Source: a virus
Taxonomy: Duplodnaviria; Caudoviricetes
Strand: one strand, 5' to 3'
DNA: 64,000 nucleotides
IMG/VR virus record: IMGVR_UViG_3300014203_000012
Span: 119,920-183,919 of that record
Positions 1 through 12,200 of the stretch are shown here, in pieces; the stretch's first letter is position 1, and every line of letters starts with the position of its first letter. Under the pieces are notes generated by a model, which worked only from the letters and a program-made list of their open reading frames with translations, had not been told where the DNA came from and ran no database searches. Position numbers and translations under genes: made by a program.

Positions 1-245
1 AAGAAGAAGCGGAAACTCTTAAAAAAGAGTATAACGTTGACGTTAGCCGTCCAGGTGTTGCTGGTAATATAATGGAAGCATATAACCTTATGGGGTTTGT
101 TATTAACGATCAAGTATTGGAAAAGGTCGACTTCTTATTTGATGATGGCTCTAACGAATATGAAATTATTTCGTTTACCCACCTTGAGAGAGAAGAAAGC
201 GGAAACTATAAAAAGGTAATTAACCTTTTAGCTAAATCAAGATAA
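1..245 (+). CDS. 3' end of a hypothetical (probably virion) protein, truncated by window edge
   Basis: Open frame from base 3 (EEAETLKKEYNVDV...KVINLLAKSR) to TAA 243-245, followed by GGAGG RBS of next gene. Confidence 0.75.
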   Translation, partial: EEAETLKKEYNVDVSRPGVAGNIMEAYNLMGFVINDQVLEKVDFLFDDGSNEYEIISFTHLEREESGNYKKVINLLAKSR

Positions 246-258
246 GGAGGAAACCAAA

Positions 259-1266
259 TTGAAAAGTTATTTCAGAGCAGCAGTAAATGAACATATGGAC
301 ATAACTGACCAAAAAACAAGAAGTACAGTCCTCTCTATTAATGAGCAGGATCAAGATACTGTGTTATTGTCTTTAACCGGAAAACTATATGAAATGATTG
401 TTGAAAAAGTAGACGATATAGATTTTGGAGATATTCCTGATACTAAAGGGGATATTACTCAATTGCCAGCATATACTAAAATCACTTCTAGTATTGATAC
501 TCTTACCGCTATACTAGAGCAGTATAAACAACCTACCGATACAATAGATACTATCCAAAATGCGTTATCTAATTTGGTAAATCATAAAGAGTTATTTAAA
601 AGAGGGTACGCAGCTAATATTGAAATCATTATGGTTACTTATAGTGAAATGGCTTTAGGCATAGTTAATAGTATTTCATATATGATCGCAGCTACAATTG
701 AATTCATTAAAAATCCTAGTGATGAAGGATTTAAGATCTCTTTAGATAAAACTGGGCTAGCCAGAACAAAAGATTCTTTGATCTATTCTAATCTAGGCAG
801 ATTTAATGAAGCCTGCAAACAGAACCAGTTAGAAAACGCATTTGAGCCTCTTATCAAGGCACGAGTAAAGAATTTCACTGGAATTGAAATTGGTGTTGTT
901 GCCGGTGGTATTGCCATTGCTGGTATACTACTTAACATCCTTCCAATCTTACGCGAAATGACTTTCTTTTTTTATTCAACTCGTACAAGAATAAGTCAAT
1001 ACTTCGATCTTCAGGCAGATTTACTTGAGATGAACTCTAATGCTATTCGTATGAATGAAATAGATACATTAGATGAAAAAAATAAAGTTGCCAAACGTCA
1101 AGCTTCTATAGCTGGTGCTTTCCGTACATTATCAAACAAAATTTGTATAAATAATGTTGCTGCGGAAAAAGACACACCAAAATCTATGAAATCAGAAGAT
1201 AAAAAAATGAAGATTGATGATATTGTTGATTCTTTACCGGATTCAGCGGCACAATCATTATTCTAA
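259..1266 (+). CDS. Hypothetical protein, probably virion structural
   Basis: 335-aa ORF, TTG start after AGGAGG; operon context; no recognisable enzyme motif. Confidence 0.6.
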   Translation: MKSYFRAAVNEHMDITDQKTRSTVLSINEQDQDTVLLSLTGKLYEMIVEKVDDIDFGDIPDTKGDITQLPAYTKITSSIDTLTAILEQYKQPTDTIDTIQNALSNLVNHKELFKRGYAANIEIIMVTYSEMALGIVNSISYMIAATIEFIKNPSDEGFKISLDKTGLARTKDSLIYSNLGRFNEACKQNQLENAFEPLIKARVKNFTGIEIGVVAGGIAIAGILLNILPILREMTFFFYSTRTRISQYFDLQADLLEMNSNAIRMNEIDTLDEKNKVAKRQASIAGAFRTLSNKICINNVAAEKDTPKSMKSEDKKMKIDDIVDSLPDSAAQSLF

Positions 1267-1282
1267 GAAAGGAGTGATATAA

Positions 1283-2245
1283 GTGTTTACAGTTGATAAG
1301 ATAATGACTCATGGACAGTTTGCTCAAGAAATGTTAGAGCAAATGAATTCAGAAGTTTCACCATATAATGCTAAGTCATATAATGAACATTTAAAAACTA
1401 TGGAAAATAAAAAGAACCGCAATGAAACTGACTTTATGTATGAAGGTGTTGAAAAGGTAGCTAATGCTAAAATGAGAATGTCTAAGTTCTCTGAAGCTCT
1501 ATCTGCTCATCTTCTAAAAGAATGTTTCTGTGTGGTATTTGATAAGATCATGGAAGCTGAAAGGTGCACTCAGCATGAACAATCAATTGGTCGTTCTATG
1601 ATTTCCAAACTTATTAAAGAAGAAGGCACGTCAGCACTTTTAACGAGATTTGAAAATAAAAGCATGATACTTTCTGAGTTTGCTAGGTATACTGAAAAGT
1701 ATCATAGGCTTGCAATGGAATCAGTAGCGACTAAAACTATTGCCGCTCCTGAAGACGATACATGTTATGTCTTAGATAAAGAAATTGCTGAGAAATTCAT
1801 GGATGATGTAAAAGACTTAGTTCCAGATAAAACTATAGATCTCATCAGAGATAGAGTCGAAGATGCAATGCAAGAATTTATTGATCAAAACACTGAAAAT
1901 AAAATTGCTATTAAGGATATATACCTTAACGCAAAAATGTCAGTAGAGAAAGCTTCTAGCGATGCAGTGAAAGAAGAATTTACTTCTAGAGCTAAGGGGT
2001 TAGCTGCTAGGGTTTATGAGAAACCTACTAAAGTATTTGGGGCTATGGTTACTGCTGTTGGGGAGGCTGTTATGAAAACAGACGCTCTTAAAGCTGAGTA
2101 TGTGGACGGTAGTAAACTAAAACTAGAGCATTTATGCAATGATGTAAGAGTTATGTATACTGTGCTTGAAATGGCTAACACTTTAAATGTAGTAAACGTA
2201 GACTCTACTTACATTAAACAAGCCATCACTGATCTAAAAGGATAA
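1283..2245 (+). CDS. Hypothetical protein, probably virion/head-associated
   Basis: 320-aa helical ORF with RBS AAGGAG; several hydrophobic-x-E motifs (FMYE, LAME, AVKE) like head-protease sites of jumbo phages. Confidence 0.55.
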   Translation: MFTVDKIMTHGQFAQEMLEQMNSEVSPYNAKSYNEHLKTMENKKNRNETDFMYEGVEKVANAKMRMSKFSEALSAHLLKECFCVVFDKIMEAERCTQHEQSIGRSMISKLIKEEGTSALLTRFENKSMILSEFARYTEKYHRLAMESVATKTIAAPEDDTCYVLDKEIAEKFMDDVKDLVPDKTIDLIRDRVEDAMQEFIDQNTENKIAIKDIYLNAKMSVEKASSDAVKEEFTSRAKGLAARVYEKPTKVFGAMVTAVGEAVMKTDALKAEYVDGSKLKLEHLCNDVRVMYTVLEMANTLNVVNVDSTYIKQAITDLKG

Positions 2246-2246
2246 A

Positions 2247-2285
2247 AAATAAACCCCATACACATAATGTGTATGGGGTTTATTT
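2247..2285. terminator. Bidirectional intrinsic terminator
   Basis: Inverted repeat AAATAAACCCCATACAC-ATAAT-GTGTATGGGGTTTATTT between convergent genes. Confidence 0.85.
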
Positions 2286-2290
2286 ATTTT

Positions 2291-2444
2291 TTATTTATGC
2301 TTAATACTGGTTAATGGATTAATATTTTTTAATCCGCATTTAGGACATTCGCTATCACACATAGATTCCCAATCTTCTGACCATACTGTGTTACAATCAG
2401 GGCAATCATAATTATTTGTGTAGTTCCCTTAAAGTCTTTTTCAT
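2291..2444 (-). pseudogene. Small zinc-ribbon protein (CPDC...CPKC) with a +1 frameshift near its start
   Basis: GGAGG + ATG at 2444 reads MKKTLRELHK-stop; the +1 frame reads NYTNNYDCPDCNTVWSEDWESMCDSECPKCGLKNINPLTSIKHK-stop. Confidence 0.55.
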
Positions 2445-2446
2445 TT

Positions 2447-3049
2447 CTATTCTGACCTCCTAATATTATTCGTTATATCCAATGGTGGATATTGCGGGTT
2501 CATCAGAGCAGATAGCAGATTAAATCCAAAAGGCGCGGGACAATTCCTAATTGCACTTTCAGTTAGTTTATCAAATTCAAGTATTGACGTTTCACGCAAT
2601 TTAGATAGTTGTGGGATAAATGCAATGATAGAACGAAGCATTTTAGCGTCTTCCTTTTTAATAGTATTCCCATGCATAACAATTATCGATTGAACTAAAT
2701 CATTTAAGTTTAAGCAAATATCTGCAATAACGTCACTCTTAAATTTCTCAGGTTCTAATATACTAAATGTTTCCCCACAAATGGCGCATGTATGTGAGCC
2801 ATCTGTATTTTGCTTAAGAGATATATTACCATTTTCGCATCTATGTGTGCAATCTTTTTTCTCTTCCATATCACATCCAATTTCATTGGTAGGTATACCT
2901 TGAAATTTTACAACGTCTGCCTTTATATTATAACTCCCCAAACGTTGTAAAATCTCTTTGTTAAATGGCATAAGACTTACCAAATTAGATGCCAAGTCTA
3001 TATCCTTATTCTCTACAGTTATCTCGATATTAATATTGATCTTCTTCAT
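2447..3049 (-). CDS. Hypothetical Zn-finger-containing protein, early-type promoter
   Basis: CTHRC...HTCAICG motif; likely start ATG 3049 after AAGGAGG. Confidence 0.65.
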   Translation of the reverse strand: MKKININIEITVENKDIDLASNLVSLMPFNKEILQRLGSYNIKADVVKFQGIPTNEIGCDMEEKKDCTHRCENGNISLKQNTDGSHTCAICGETFSILEPEKFKSDVIADICLNLNDLVQSIIVMHGNTIKKEDAKMLRSIIAFIPQLSKLRETSILEFDKLTESAIRNCPAPFGFNLLSALMNPQYPPLDITNNIRRSE

Positions 3050-3085
3050 TATATATTCCTCCTTAAGATGCAATTTTATTATTGC

Positions 3086-3105
3086 TCATCTATATAATAT
3101 ATAAC
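3086..3105 (-). promoter_or_regulatory. Early-type phage promoter motif (TATATATTATATAGATGAG)
   Basis: Same motif recurs about 10 times upstream of genes in this window. Confidence 0.7.
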
Positions 3106-3161
3106 TCAAAAGATATAACTTAGCATATCCCCGTAATACATAATGTATTACGGGGATATAT

Positions 3162-3569
3162 TTATAATGTAATGATTACAGTATTCTCGCCAATACGAGA
3201 AATATAATAGAATAAGTTCTCTGGAAGGCTATAGAATTTCAATACTTCTTCCATGCTCATGTGGGAATAAATATCAGTCTTATACCGATCAAAGAATTTT
3301 TTCATTGCTGCATCGATAGCTTCATAAAATACAATTGAGTTGTATCTATCACCTTCAAACTTTTTCATGAATGCCTTACGGAATTGAATTTGAATAGATT
3401 TGTTAACATAATCAATGCTATAGCTAGAGATATAGCTAGAGATATTGCCTTTTTCATTTCTAATGATCTCCAGTAATGTGTCCAATTTATCAGTACTATA
3501 AAATTGGCTTTTACATAATTTCTGTCTTACGTCACCTGCGAATGTAATAATTTCATCTTGTTGTCTCAT
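3162..3569 (-). CDS. Hypothetical protein
   Basis: 135-aa ORF with AGGAG RBS, followed by hairpin 3126-3160. Confidence 0.65.
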   Translation of the reverse strand: MRQQDEIITFAGDVRQKLCKSQFYSTDKLDTLLEIIRNEKGNISSYISSYSIDYVNKSIQIQFRKAFMKKFEGDRYNSIVFYEAIDAAMKKFFDRYKTDIYSHMSMEEVLKFYSLPENLFYYISRIGENTVIITL

Positions 3570-3586
3570 TTTAATTTCTCCTATTC

Positions 3587-4291
3587 CTATTTAAAATATT
3601 TAACTTCTCCGTCATATCGTTTTGATATTGTTTTGAATTGATGCCTATTAAATAACATATTTAGATACCGTAGTCGTATTTCCACTCTCGGTAAAACCGA
3701 ATAATGTTTCTCTACAGTTCCTTTTATAACTAAAGCATCATCTAGCCAGATATTACTATTGGACATATCGCTATATTTCTTTCCTATATTGTCCCAGTCT
3801 GGTTTATACAAATGTCGATCCATACCTATTTCTGCTAAATAGGTTTCTACCGCATTATAATAACTTGGAGTTTTAAAAAATGTAGTATATAATATATCGC
3901 ACGGGGTATATATTATAGAATTTAAATTAACGAAATCTTGTTCAGTTAGAAGCCTATCCATAAACCTATTATCTTCTGCACCATTTATAGAATACACATG
4001 GACAAAACTAGGATTAGATAATGCTGCATTTGCTAGATTATTTCTATTTATAAGTCTGAATCTAGGTCTAGGTGATCCTTCTGGTATTTCATAAAGTACT
4101 ATAAATATTTCAGTATAGTATAATTCATTAAGCATTCTTTCATGTTTATCGATTATTTCATCGGCTTTCTTATCAGTTATTTTTAATTTATCATATAACC
4201 AATTTAATCTCTGGAGATAATCCTTTGGAATGTCTCCATATTTGTTTTCATACTCTAAAGCTTTTATTTCTCTTTTTTTATTAGTTGTCAT
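3587..4291 (-). CDS. rusA: RusA-like Holliday junction resolvase
   Basis: PRPR motif and KPDWDNIGKKYSD...WLDDALV, matching RusA KPDxDNxxK...DD catalytic pattern. Confidence 0.75.
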   Translation of the reverse strand: MTTNKKREIKALEYENKYGDIPKDYLQRLNWLYDKLKITDKKADEIIDKHERMLNELYYTEIFIVLYEIPEGSPRPRFRLINRNNLANAALSNPSFVHVYSINGAEDNRFMDRLLTEQDFVNLNSIIYTPCDILYTTFFKTPSYYNAVETYLAEIGMDRHLYKPDWDNIGKKYSDMSNSNIWLDDALVIKGTVEKHYSVLPRVEIRLRYLNMLFNRHQFKTISKRYDGEVKYFK

Positions 4292-4356
4292 TTTAACACC
4301 GCCAATTTATAAAGCTAAAGCCGTCTATTGGCTTTAGCTTTATGTAATTGAACGCA

Positions 4357-6207
4357 TTAATTTTTATTAAATAGATTTAGCATTTTATTCGTTGCCCACT
4401 GGTCTAATCCGCCCGCAACGTCAGTGTATATCTTATCCATATATTTATCCCTAAAATATTGCGAGTAGTATAAATATAACGTTCGTTTTAAGTCTGGTTC
4501 GTTTATATTAATACCGCACAGATTAGCTACATAATCCATAAGCGTAATATTACTTAACAAACCTTTCTTAATATCATCATTTGTAGTAATAGCCATAGCA
4601 CCATATAATTCCTTAATGGTAAAATGTACGTCTACAGATGTAGGCAATCCACTAGGAGTCCAGCTTCCTTCTTGCCCTTTAGTGATACTCATATTAGTTA
4701 TTATACCCATATCACAATTAAATAGACCTTTATAGAAAGCTCTAACAAGAAATGGAGATACATATCCATTCGGCCCAACAGATCTTGGAGATACATATCC
4801 GACTAAGTGTAGTATAGGAACTATAATATTTAGATATATACTATAATTATCACAATCAGGAGAGGTTAATTTAATGCTTATATCATAATCTCTAGAGAAT
4901 TGCGAATCGTTCCATATCTCTGGAAATATAAGTTTACCACCAGCTATTACAGTCTTAAGTCCATTCGTAATACCGCCAATAAGACCATTACTATTTGCCA
5001 TTTTAGAAACCATATCTTGTTTATTTTGTTCAGTTTTTGCAATTTGTTTATCCGCACTAAATGCATCTAACTCCATACCGGTCAAAGCTCCAGCTCCACC
5101 AAGTATAAAATTCATTTCTCTACCTATATCAGAGATACCATTTACTTTCCCTGCTATCATTGATTGCCCTGTACTATTTGAGAATGAATCAGATATTTGA
5201 TTTTCTGAATTTATATAAAATGCTACCCCTCCTCGGTAGTTTAACATGCTATGAAGAGTTTCATTAGAATTGCTTTGCCAATCATAGTTTCCTAGTGTTT
5301 TATCACCATAATATGTTTCATCTTGTAAATTAAGCAATTTTGCCGCTGCTCTACACATTGGATTTACATGTTTAAAATATGAGGTCCAATTCACATTTAA
5401 TCCATAATATCTACCTGGATTGTTTATGAGAGAATCTAAATCAGTCTTGCTTGATCCATCTCCAGTAAATGTCGTAACTACATACTCTAAAATATTTTCC
5501 TTTTCTTTTTTACTATAACCGGATAAGAATTCTGGACTTCCAGGAACCATAACGAGTAAAGGTAATTTTGAAACTATTTTTTCTGCATATTTACGACCAA
5601 ACGAATCAGAATTGTTGGGATCTATGCGCCTATCTGCGATTTCCATATATTGATATGGCATACCATATACTCCACGCAATGACGTTATACGCAATCCATC
5701 TAATATAGAATCTGTATTTTTTGTAGTTCCAACAGTAGATTCTGTAGTACTAGAAGTGACATCTCTAGGTGGAGGGGTTGGAGTTATTGCTATCTCTGGT
5801 GGAACCATAATTGTGCCATTTGCGGTTACACTTATATCTGAAATATTTACCCAATATTGATTTTCCCCATTTGATATTTGTGCCGTAGTCCCTTTTATTG
5901 CAACTACTCCAAATGTAACACTAGTTACAGATATTGGTAGGAATCCACCATCTGTAGTTTTTACTTTATCTGTAGAATTAAATTTTATATAAGATCCAAC
6001 TTTTACATCAGTCTTGGTGGTTTCACCAACTTTTTCAACTGATCCGTCAGCGTTGAGTACCCACCCCACACTTGTATGATACCAACTATTTGTTACTTCA
6101 CTAACAACTAAACAACTTCCAGCGATTATACTGTCTAGTATAGGAGAGGTTATTGTACAATCTGAATGTGCATCTACTGTATTATTAAATTTATATATAT
6201 CTGCCAT
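4357..6207 (-). CDS. Tail/baseplate structural protein (tail-tube-initiator/hub-like)
   Basis: 616 aa, downstream of tape measure; C-terminal FPEIW..S.FSR.Y / GIITNMSITKG / PTSVDVHFTIKELY resembles myophage tail/baseplate proteins; late-type promoter 6236-6247. Confidence 0.55.
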   Translation of the reverse strand: MADIYKFNNTVDAHSDCTITSPILDSIIAGSCLVVSEVTNSWYHTSVGWVLNADGSVEKVGETTKTDVKVGSYIKFNSTDKVKTTDGGFLPISVTSVTFGVVAIKGTTAQISNGENQYWVNISDISVTANGTIMVPPEIAITPTPPPRDVTSSTTESTVGTTKNTDSILDGLRITSLRGVYGMPYQYMEIADRRIDPNNSDSFGRKYAEKIVSKLPLLVMVPGSPEFLSGYSKKEKENILEYVVTTFTGDGSSKTDLDSLINNPGRYYGLNVNWTSYFKHVNPMCRAAAKLLNLQDETYYGDKTLGNYDWQSNSNETLHSMLNYRGGVAFYINSENQISDSFSNSTGQSMIAGKVNGISDIGREMNFILGGAGALTGMELDAFSADKQIAKTEQNKQDMVSKMANSNGLIGGITNGLKTVIAGGKLIFPEIWNDSQFSRDYDISIKLTSPDCDNYSIYLNIIVPILHLVGYVSPRSVGPNGYVSPFLVRAFYKGLFNCDMGIITNMSITKGQEGSWTPSGLPTSVDVHFTIKELYGAMAITTNDDIKKGLLSNITLMDYVANLCGININEPDLKRTLYLYYSQYFRDKYMDKIYTDVAGGLDQWATNKMLNLFNKN

Positions 6208-6284
6208 TTTAATCCCACCTCATAAGGTATAATTTTAATATAGTGTTGGGAAGGTCAATTATGACCTTCCCAAGTATATAGTTT

Positions 6285-9200
6285 TTATGAAATAGCTATG
6301 GCTCTCATAGCACTTATAATACTTTGAGTGTCTTTAGTCGCCATTATATCACCAAATCCATTATTACTTCCATTACCCATTGAGGATAATTTAGATAATA
6401 TTGAAGCTGGAGATAGACTAGATTTTTGGTTAGATGCGGTAGTAGTGTTTGTTTGAGCTTGAGTTGATGGTGTCTGCCCAGTAAGAGCTCCAGCGATAGA
6501 AGCTAGTAATGAAATAATCATATCTAATTTAGGACTATAATCAGGAGCGCAAGCTTGTGATATTTGCGATTTATCTTGTTGTGCTTGAGCTACTGATACA
6601 GGATTTGAACTATTTGCTTTGATAATATTAGGGTCTATAATATTTTTATCTATAGAATCGGTTATAGACTCTATATTAGTTTGGTCAGTTCCTCTACCCC
6701 AAATGGGACTACCAGTACCTACCCCACCATTAAGATGTTTTAGAGCAAAGTTTTTTCTGGCTTGTTTTAATTGAGATAATAGTTCTTGACCTCTACTATT
6801 TTTAGTTTTAATAATAGAATTATCCTGAGATGAGGATTCTTGGGTATCCGTTTTATTATTAAAACCATCAATGAAATTAGTTGAGATACCATTTAATGGA
6901 TTATCTGTATTTTTAGTAGCCTCTTTTACAAGAGCATTTGCATAACTAGGATTAACTTCACTTATAGGTTGTTTACCACTTAGTGTTTTAGCAGTTAAAT
7001 CAGATTGAGCTATCCCTTCAGGTGAAGGAAGATTAATTGCAGGGCTAGTACTATTTGGTTTGAGTTGAGCTTGTGCCGCATCCCACATTTCTTTTATTTT
7101 CTGGGCTTTAGCTTTAGCCACATCCATTGAATCGTCGTCTGTAATTTTATTATAGTCTTGTATAAAGTCTTCTGGTACAGCTTTAATGGAATCTTTAATC
7201 TGATCTAGCATAGTACCAGTTCCAAATTTACGAGGACCTGTTTTACCAGTTCCAAATTTGTTTAGTCCAGATTTACCACTAGCGCTTCCAGGACCCGCTT
7301 CGGCTGCAGTATCTACACCGTTTGTTTTATTGCCAGTTACTACAGAACCATCACCAGCCCCAGTTGCAACGTATCCAAATATATTTTTATCTCCCCATGT
7401 ATCCGCCATAGGTCCGTGTTTTACTTTTAGTGTACTAGACGAGTTACCGAAATAACCACCTTTACCATCAGCAATAACAACATGATCTGGATCGCTAGGA
7501 TCGCTATCAGTATTTATAAGACCAATATCACCCTCAGCTCCACCTTTAGATGCATCTTTCCATAACCCAGATGCTTTAGCTTGTTCCATAAGGGTTGGTG
7601 TCCAAAGAGGCATACTATTAGCGAATTCATTTCCAGAGTGTTCTATATAGTCTTTAGCAAATGCAGTACAGCCATTAGGACCATAGCCTTGCGGTTGATC
7701 TGATTCGACTAAACCTTCAGCCCAAGTAGAAGCTTTTTGTATTCCAGCATTTGTACTATTTGATACGAATTTTTCTCCAGTGTATCCGTCGGATTGTTTC
7801 TTATCTTTCTTATCCTTAGAACCAAATATACTGCTAAATGGATTATCATCACCAAATATCATTTTAAGTTTATCAGCGCCAAAGAAACTTCCAGCTTGAG
7901 ATGTAATAGCCCCAGCTAAAGGTCCAAGAGCCTGTTGCATTTTACCAGTCATTGATTTAGCCGCGCTTAGAACCCCACCTAACATTCCATCACTACTTGC
8001 GGTTTGAGCTGCAGCCGCAACTTTATTACTATTATTAATTGGAGTAGCTCCAGGAGCGGATTCTCCAGAAAGCGAAACTCCAGCGGTATTAACTGATGGT
8101 TTAGTAATCTCTGTTGTAGTAGTAGGTGCAAGTCCAGGAGCTGCACTATTATCCAATTCAATTCCTCTACCCCATTTACCTTTACCTGTGTGTGGTGGAG
8201 TAGTAGCATCAGAACTATTAAGATTGAAAGCATTGCTCATTGTTTCAGCTAATTCACTAAGTTGGCCAAAGAAACCAGTATTCTTTTTCTTAGTATCTTT
8301 ATTATTAGTTTTGCTATTAGTCGCAGAACCACTAAATGGTTTTCCCTGACCTATAGTATTAAAAATATTTTCGCCATAGGATACACGCTTACCCATTTCA
8401 GAACCACCGCTAACTTCAAAATCGGTATCCCAAATTTCAGCAGCTTCTTTAATACTTTTTGATGAGTTAAGTTTATCAACTACCCCCCTTTCATTCATTT
8501 CCTGCCACATGAAATTAAGTTGGGTATCTAATAAATTTGGATCTCCTAGAGCTGACATTCTAGCGTATCTATCATTTTTATCCCACTGACAAATACCTCG
8601 GTGTGTTCCATTATCTGCAGTAGGGTCAAAACTAGATTCTTGCTGAATATTTCCCATAATACCAGCTATAGCTTCGGAGCTCATTTTTTTATCTTTTAAG
8701 AAGTTCCATATTTTTTGGGCATTATCCTCTGTGCCACGACCCCATTTACCAGTACCTAGTTTACCCATTGCAGATTTGAGGACTTTATTTCCTCGTCCAA
8801 ATTTACCTTTACCTGCAGCGATAGCCATGGAAGATTTACCTAGTACACTACTGGCTTTATACATTTTGTCTGGTGTTGTAGACTCTGGATCTTGTACAGT
8901 TATATTTCCTTTACCATCCATGCCAGTACCGACGACATAATGATTATACTGACCGTATGGATTGTCATTGTTAACACCTTTATTATCTTTACCCATTAGC
9001 AATACTGGATTGCCCTGAGAAAGATTAGATTTTATATCAGTTGGAGATTGAACTTGTTCAGTGCCTATACCATATTTGCCAAGAATATCTCCAAAATAGC
9101 CAGGTTCTGTTCCTCCATCTTTTTCTTTATATCCCTTGGATAAGGCATATTTAGCCGCGCTCTTAGGATCTATGTTGACTCCTAGTGCACTTGCCATATT

Positions 9201-12200
9201 AGTCGCAGAAACAGGACCACATCCACTGTCCTCCATAGTCTGAGGGGTGCTGTCTTGAGAAGTATTGAAGTTCATGGCATTAGCCGGATCTAATTGTGAG
9301 TGAAACCCATCAGCTAAAGTTCCAGCACCTCTACCAAACTTAGGACCGGTTTTACCAGTAGCAGAATTTTTATCCATCCAAGTAGCTACTGTATTTTTGG
9401 CAGAGTTGTATGCATTCCCAACTTTATCCGATATATTCTGAGCCCCATTCTTAACTGAGTCCCAGGCATTGTTAGCCATCTTTTTAGTAGAATCCCATGC
9501 ATTAGCTGCAAAATTCTTAACAGAATCCCAAGTATTACTAGCTATATCTTTAGCAGAATTCCAAGATTTCTGAAAAAATCCTCCAACTCCAGATGGTCCT
9601 TTATTCTCACTAGGATCTTTATTGTCTTGACTTTCGTTAGTAGAGTCACTTCCACCATTTCTTAATTTTTCTACATCCGCTCTGGTAAATCCGCATGGAG
9701 GTCCGATAATACCTAATGCCATATCTAATACATCATCTGTTTGTATCACATACCCAAGTATAGGAATCATATTAACCACGGCATCTACGAAGCCAGCAAC
9801 AAATTTCATCCCAGCAGTAGATCCTGATTTGATTTGGTATAATTCGTCGGAACCGCTCCACCCATGCCAAAACCATGATATTGCTTCTCCAACAGCTAAA
9901 ACAACATCCCCAATACCAGCAGTCGCAGCTCCTACTGTAGCATATGCTGCAGCCATACTAAGTTTAGCTCCAAGTTTCTCTACTATTTTAGCAATATTTT
10001 TAGGAGCAGCCATCTTCTCTAATAGTTTACCACAAAATTCCTGCACAGCAGTATATGCTTTACTACTAGGAATAAACTTTCCTACTTTCTCTACTAAAGA
10101 TTTTAATGCGTCTTTAGCTTTAGCTATAAAAGCTTGAGCTTTTTCCACAATTTCTGGATTATTAGCTATATCCCTTACAATGCGCAATCCACCACCAATA
10201 AGACCAGACGCGGTATTACTAAATGAAGGAGCATTAGTAGTAGTAGTATTAGGCGCATCTGAATTATCTGGAGTTGCAGCTTCTGCTTTAGATGATGAAA
10301 ATAATGAAGTGCCAATAGCAGCAGCTCCAGCTGCTAATGCTAATTTACCTTTATGCTTAGATATAAAAGATCCAGCTCTACTTAACGCTCCAGGTTTTCC
10401 ACCAGCCGCAGCCGCTCCTTTAGCTTTTGTGGCTTTACCGTCGCTACGATCTCTGATTTCTTGCGCAGCATCAGCTATTGGATTTCCTGAAGAATCACCA
10501 ACTCCTGCTCCGCCTTTTAGTAGATCTATTATCTGTTGAAGATAGCTAACCATAGTAGTTCTATGGGTATTCATGGCAGCTAATAAATCCGTAGGTTCGT
10601 CTACTGCGTTTCCGTCACCGTCAACTGCAGAAGATGAGTCTCCACCACCAAATAATCCACTTATCTTCCCACCTGCTTTGCCTAGTAGTGATTTACCTTT
10701 AGTTAATCCTTTACCAAGGAATCCACCAATTTTGCTATTACCAAATCTAGTGCTTAGTGCACCTAGTTTACCAACCATTGCTCCACCTAATTTAGTTCCA
10801 ATTATCTTATCTTTTATTTTAGATGCGAATCCACCTAGCTTATTACCAGCCCAGCCAGCAGCTCCACCTAATTTATTACCAGCCCAGCCAGCAGCTGCTC
10901 CAAGTTTATTCCCAACCCAACTAGCAGCTCCACCTAGTTTACCGCCCATCCAACTTCCAACTCCACCTAAACCTAAAAGTTGTAATGGTAAACCTAATAA
11001 GCTACCAAAGCTTTTGAGCATGGTCATAGGCAATTTAACTAGATCTAGTAACCCACTTAAAGCTCCAGCCAGTCCACCTTTAGCTATAGATTTGGCCGCT
11101 TCAGCACCAACCTTAAGTTTACCACTAGCAACGCCAGCCATTATCTTAAGATTAGTTAGAATACCTTTTTGAGTATTATCTCTATCCGATATCTTTTCTT
11201 GAATGGCTTTATTATCTTTGCTATTAGCCATAACCATAGACCCATCGGTAGATTTGGTATAGCTTTCTATACCATACTCGGTGTTTACTTGAGTTGGACT
11301 TTTAGAATCTTTAGGTACTGGGGTGCTAGTTGCAGCGAATTTATTTTCATTAGCTGGTACGACTTGTTCACCTTTCGATAAAACCGCTACTCCACCTTTA
11401 GTAATACTCGTAGCACCATCAGCAAAACCATTAGGTAATATTGAGGGGTGTCTGAGAGTTTTGTACTTGTCCGCAATAGAGGCGCCAATAGATGATATTC
11501 CCGCACCAATAGCATTTTTTGTAGATCTGATACCGCCAGCTATATCATTAGCGGCCATAGAAATACCAGTTTTAGCGATAGATTTGCCACGACTAAATTC
11601 TTCACCTATAGGTGAAATTACTTTACCCACATCGTCTTTATATTTCTGATAATTAGTTCTAGGGTCGTAATTATTTCCGTTTACTTTAGATACGTTATCA
11701 GCAGCTTTTTCATCATCTTCATTTGTTGAGTCATACATTTTATCTATAGCTTTATCTTTAGCACTGCCTAGATATTGTGATTTCTTAGGAGCCATCTTTT
11801 TCAAAGTGTCTTGACTTACATTATTGAATCCACCTTTAAATAGTTCTACCATAGCTTTAATTACTTCAGGATCTTCATTCATAATAGCATCCATATTAGT
11901 AATCTTCATTCCAGTTTGAACAAATGCTAGTATATTACCAAAACCCTCATCGGACATTTTAGCTAATTTATCATAGTCTTTAATCTCATATCCCGATTGT
12001 CCTAGTTCGATAAATCGTTTAAACGTATTAGCATCATAACTTAGTATTTTATCTAGATCTTTAAACTTATACCCATTATAAGCAAGCTTTTTAATGTCTT
12101 GGAATCTGTTAGGGTTATCAGCAAGAACATTTTTATTAGCTTCAGATATCTTTTGACCATCATACGCTTTAGATATTGATTCGTTAGTAGTATTAACAAG

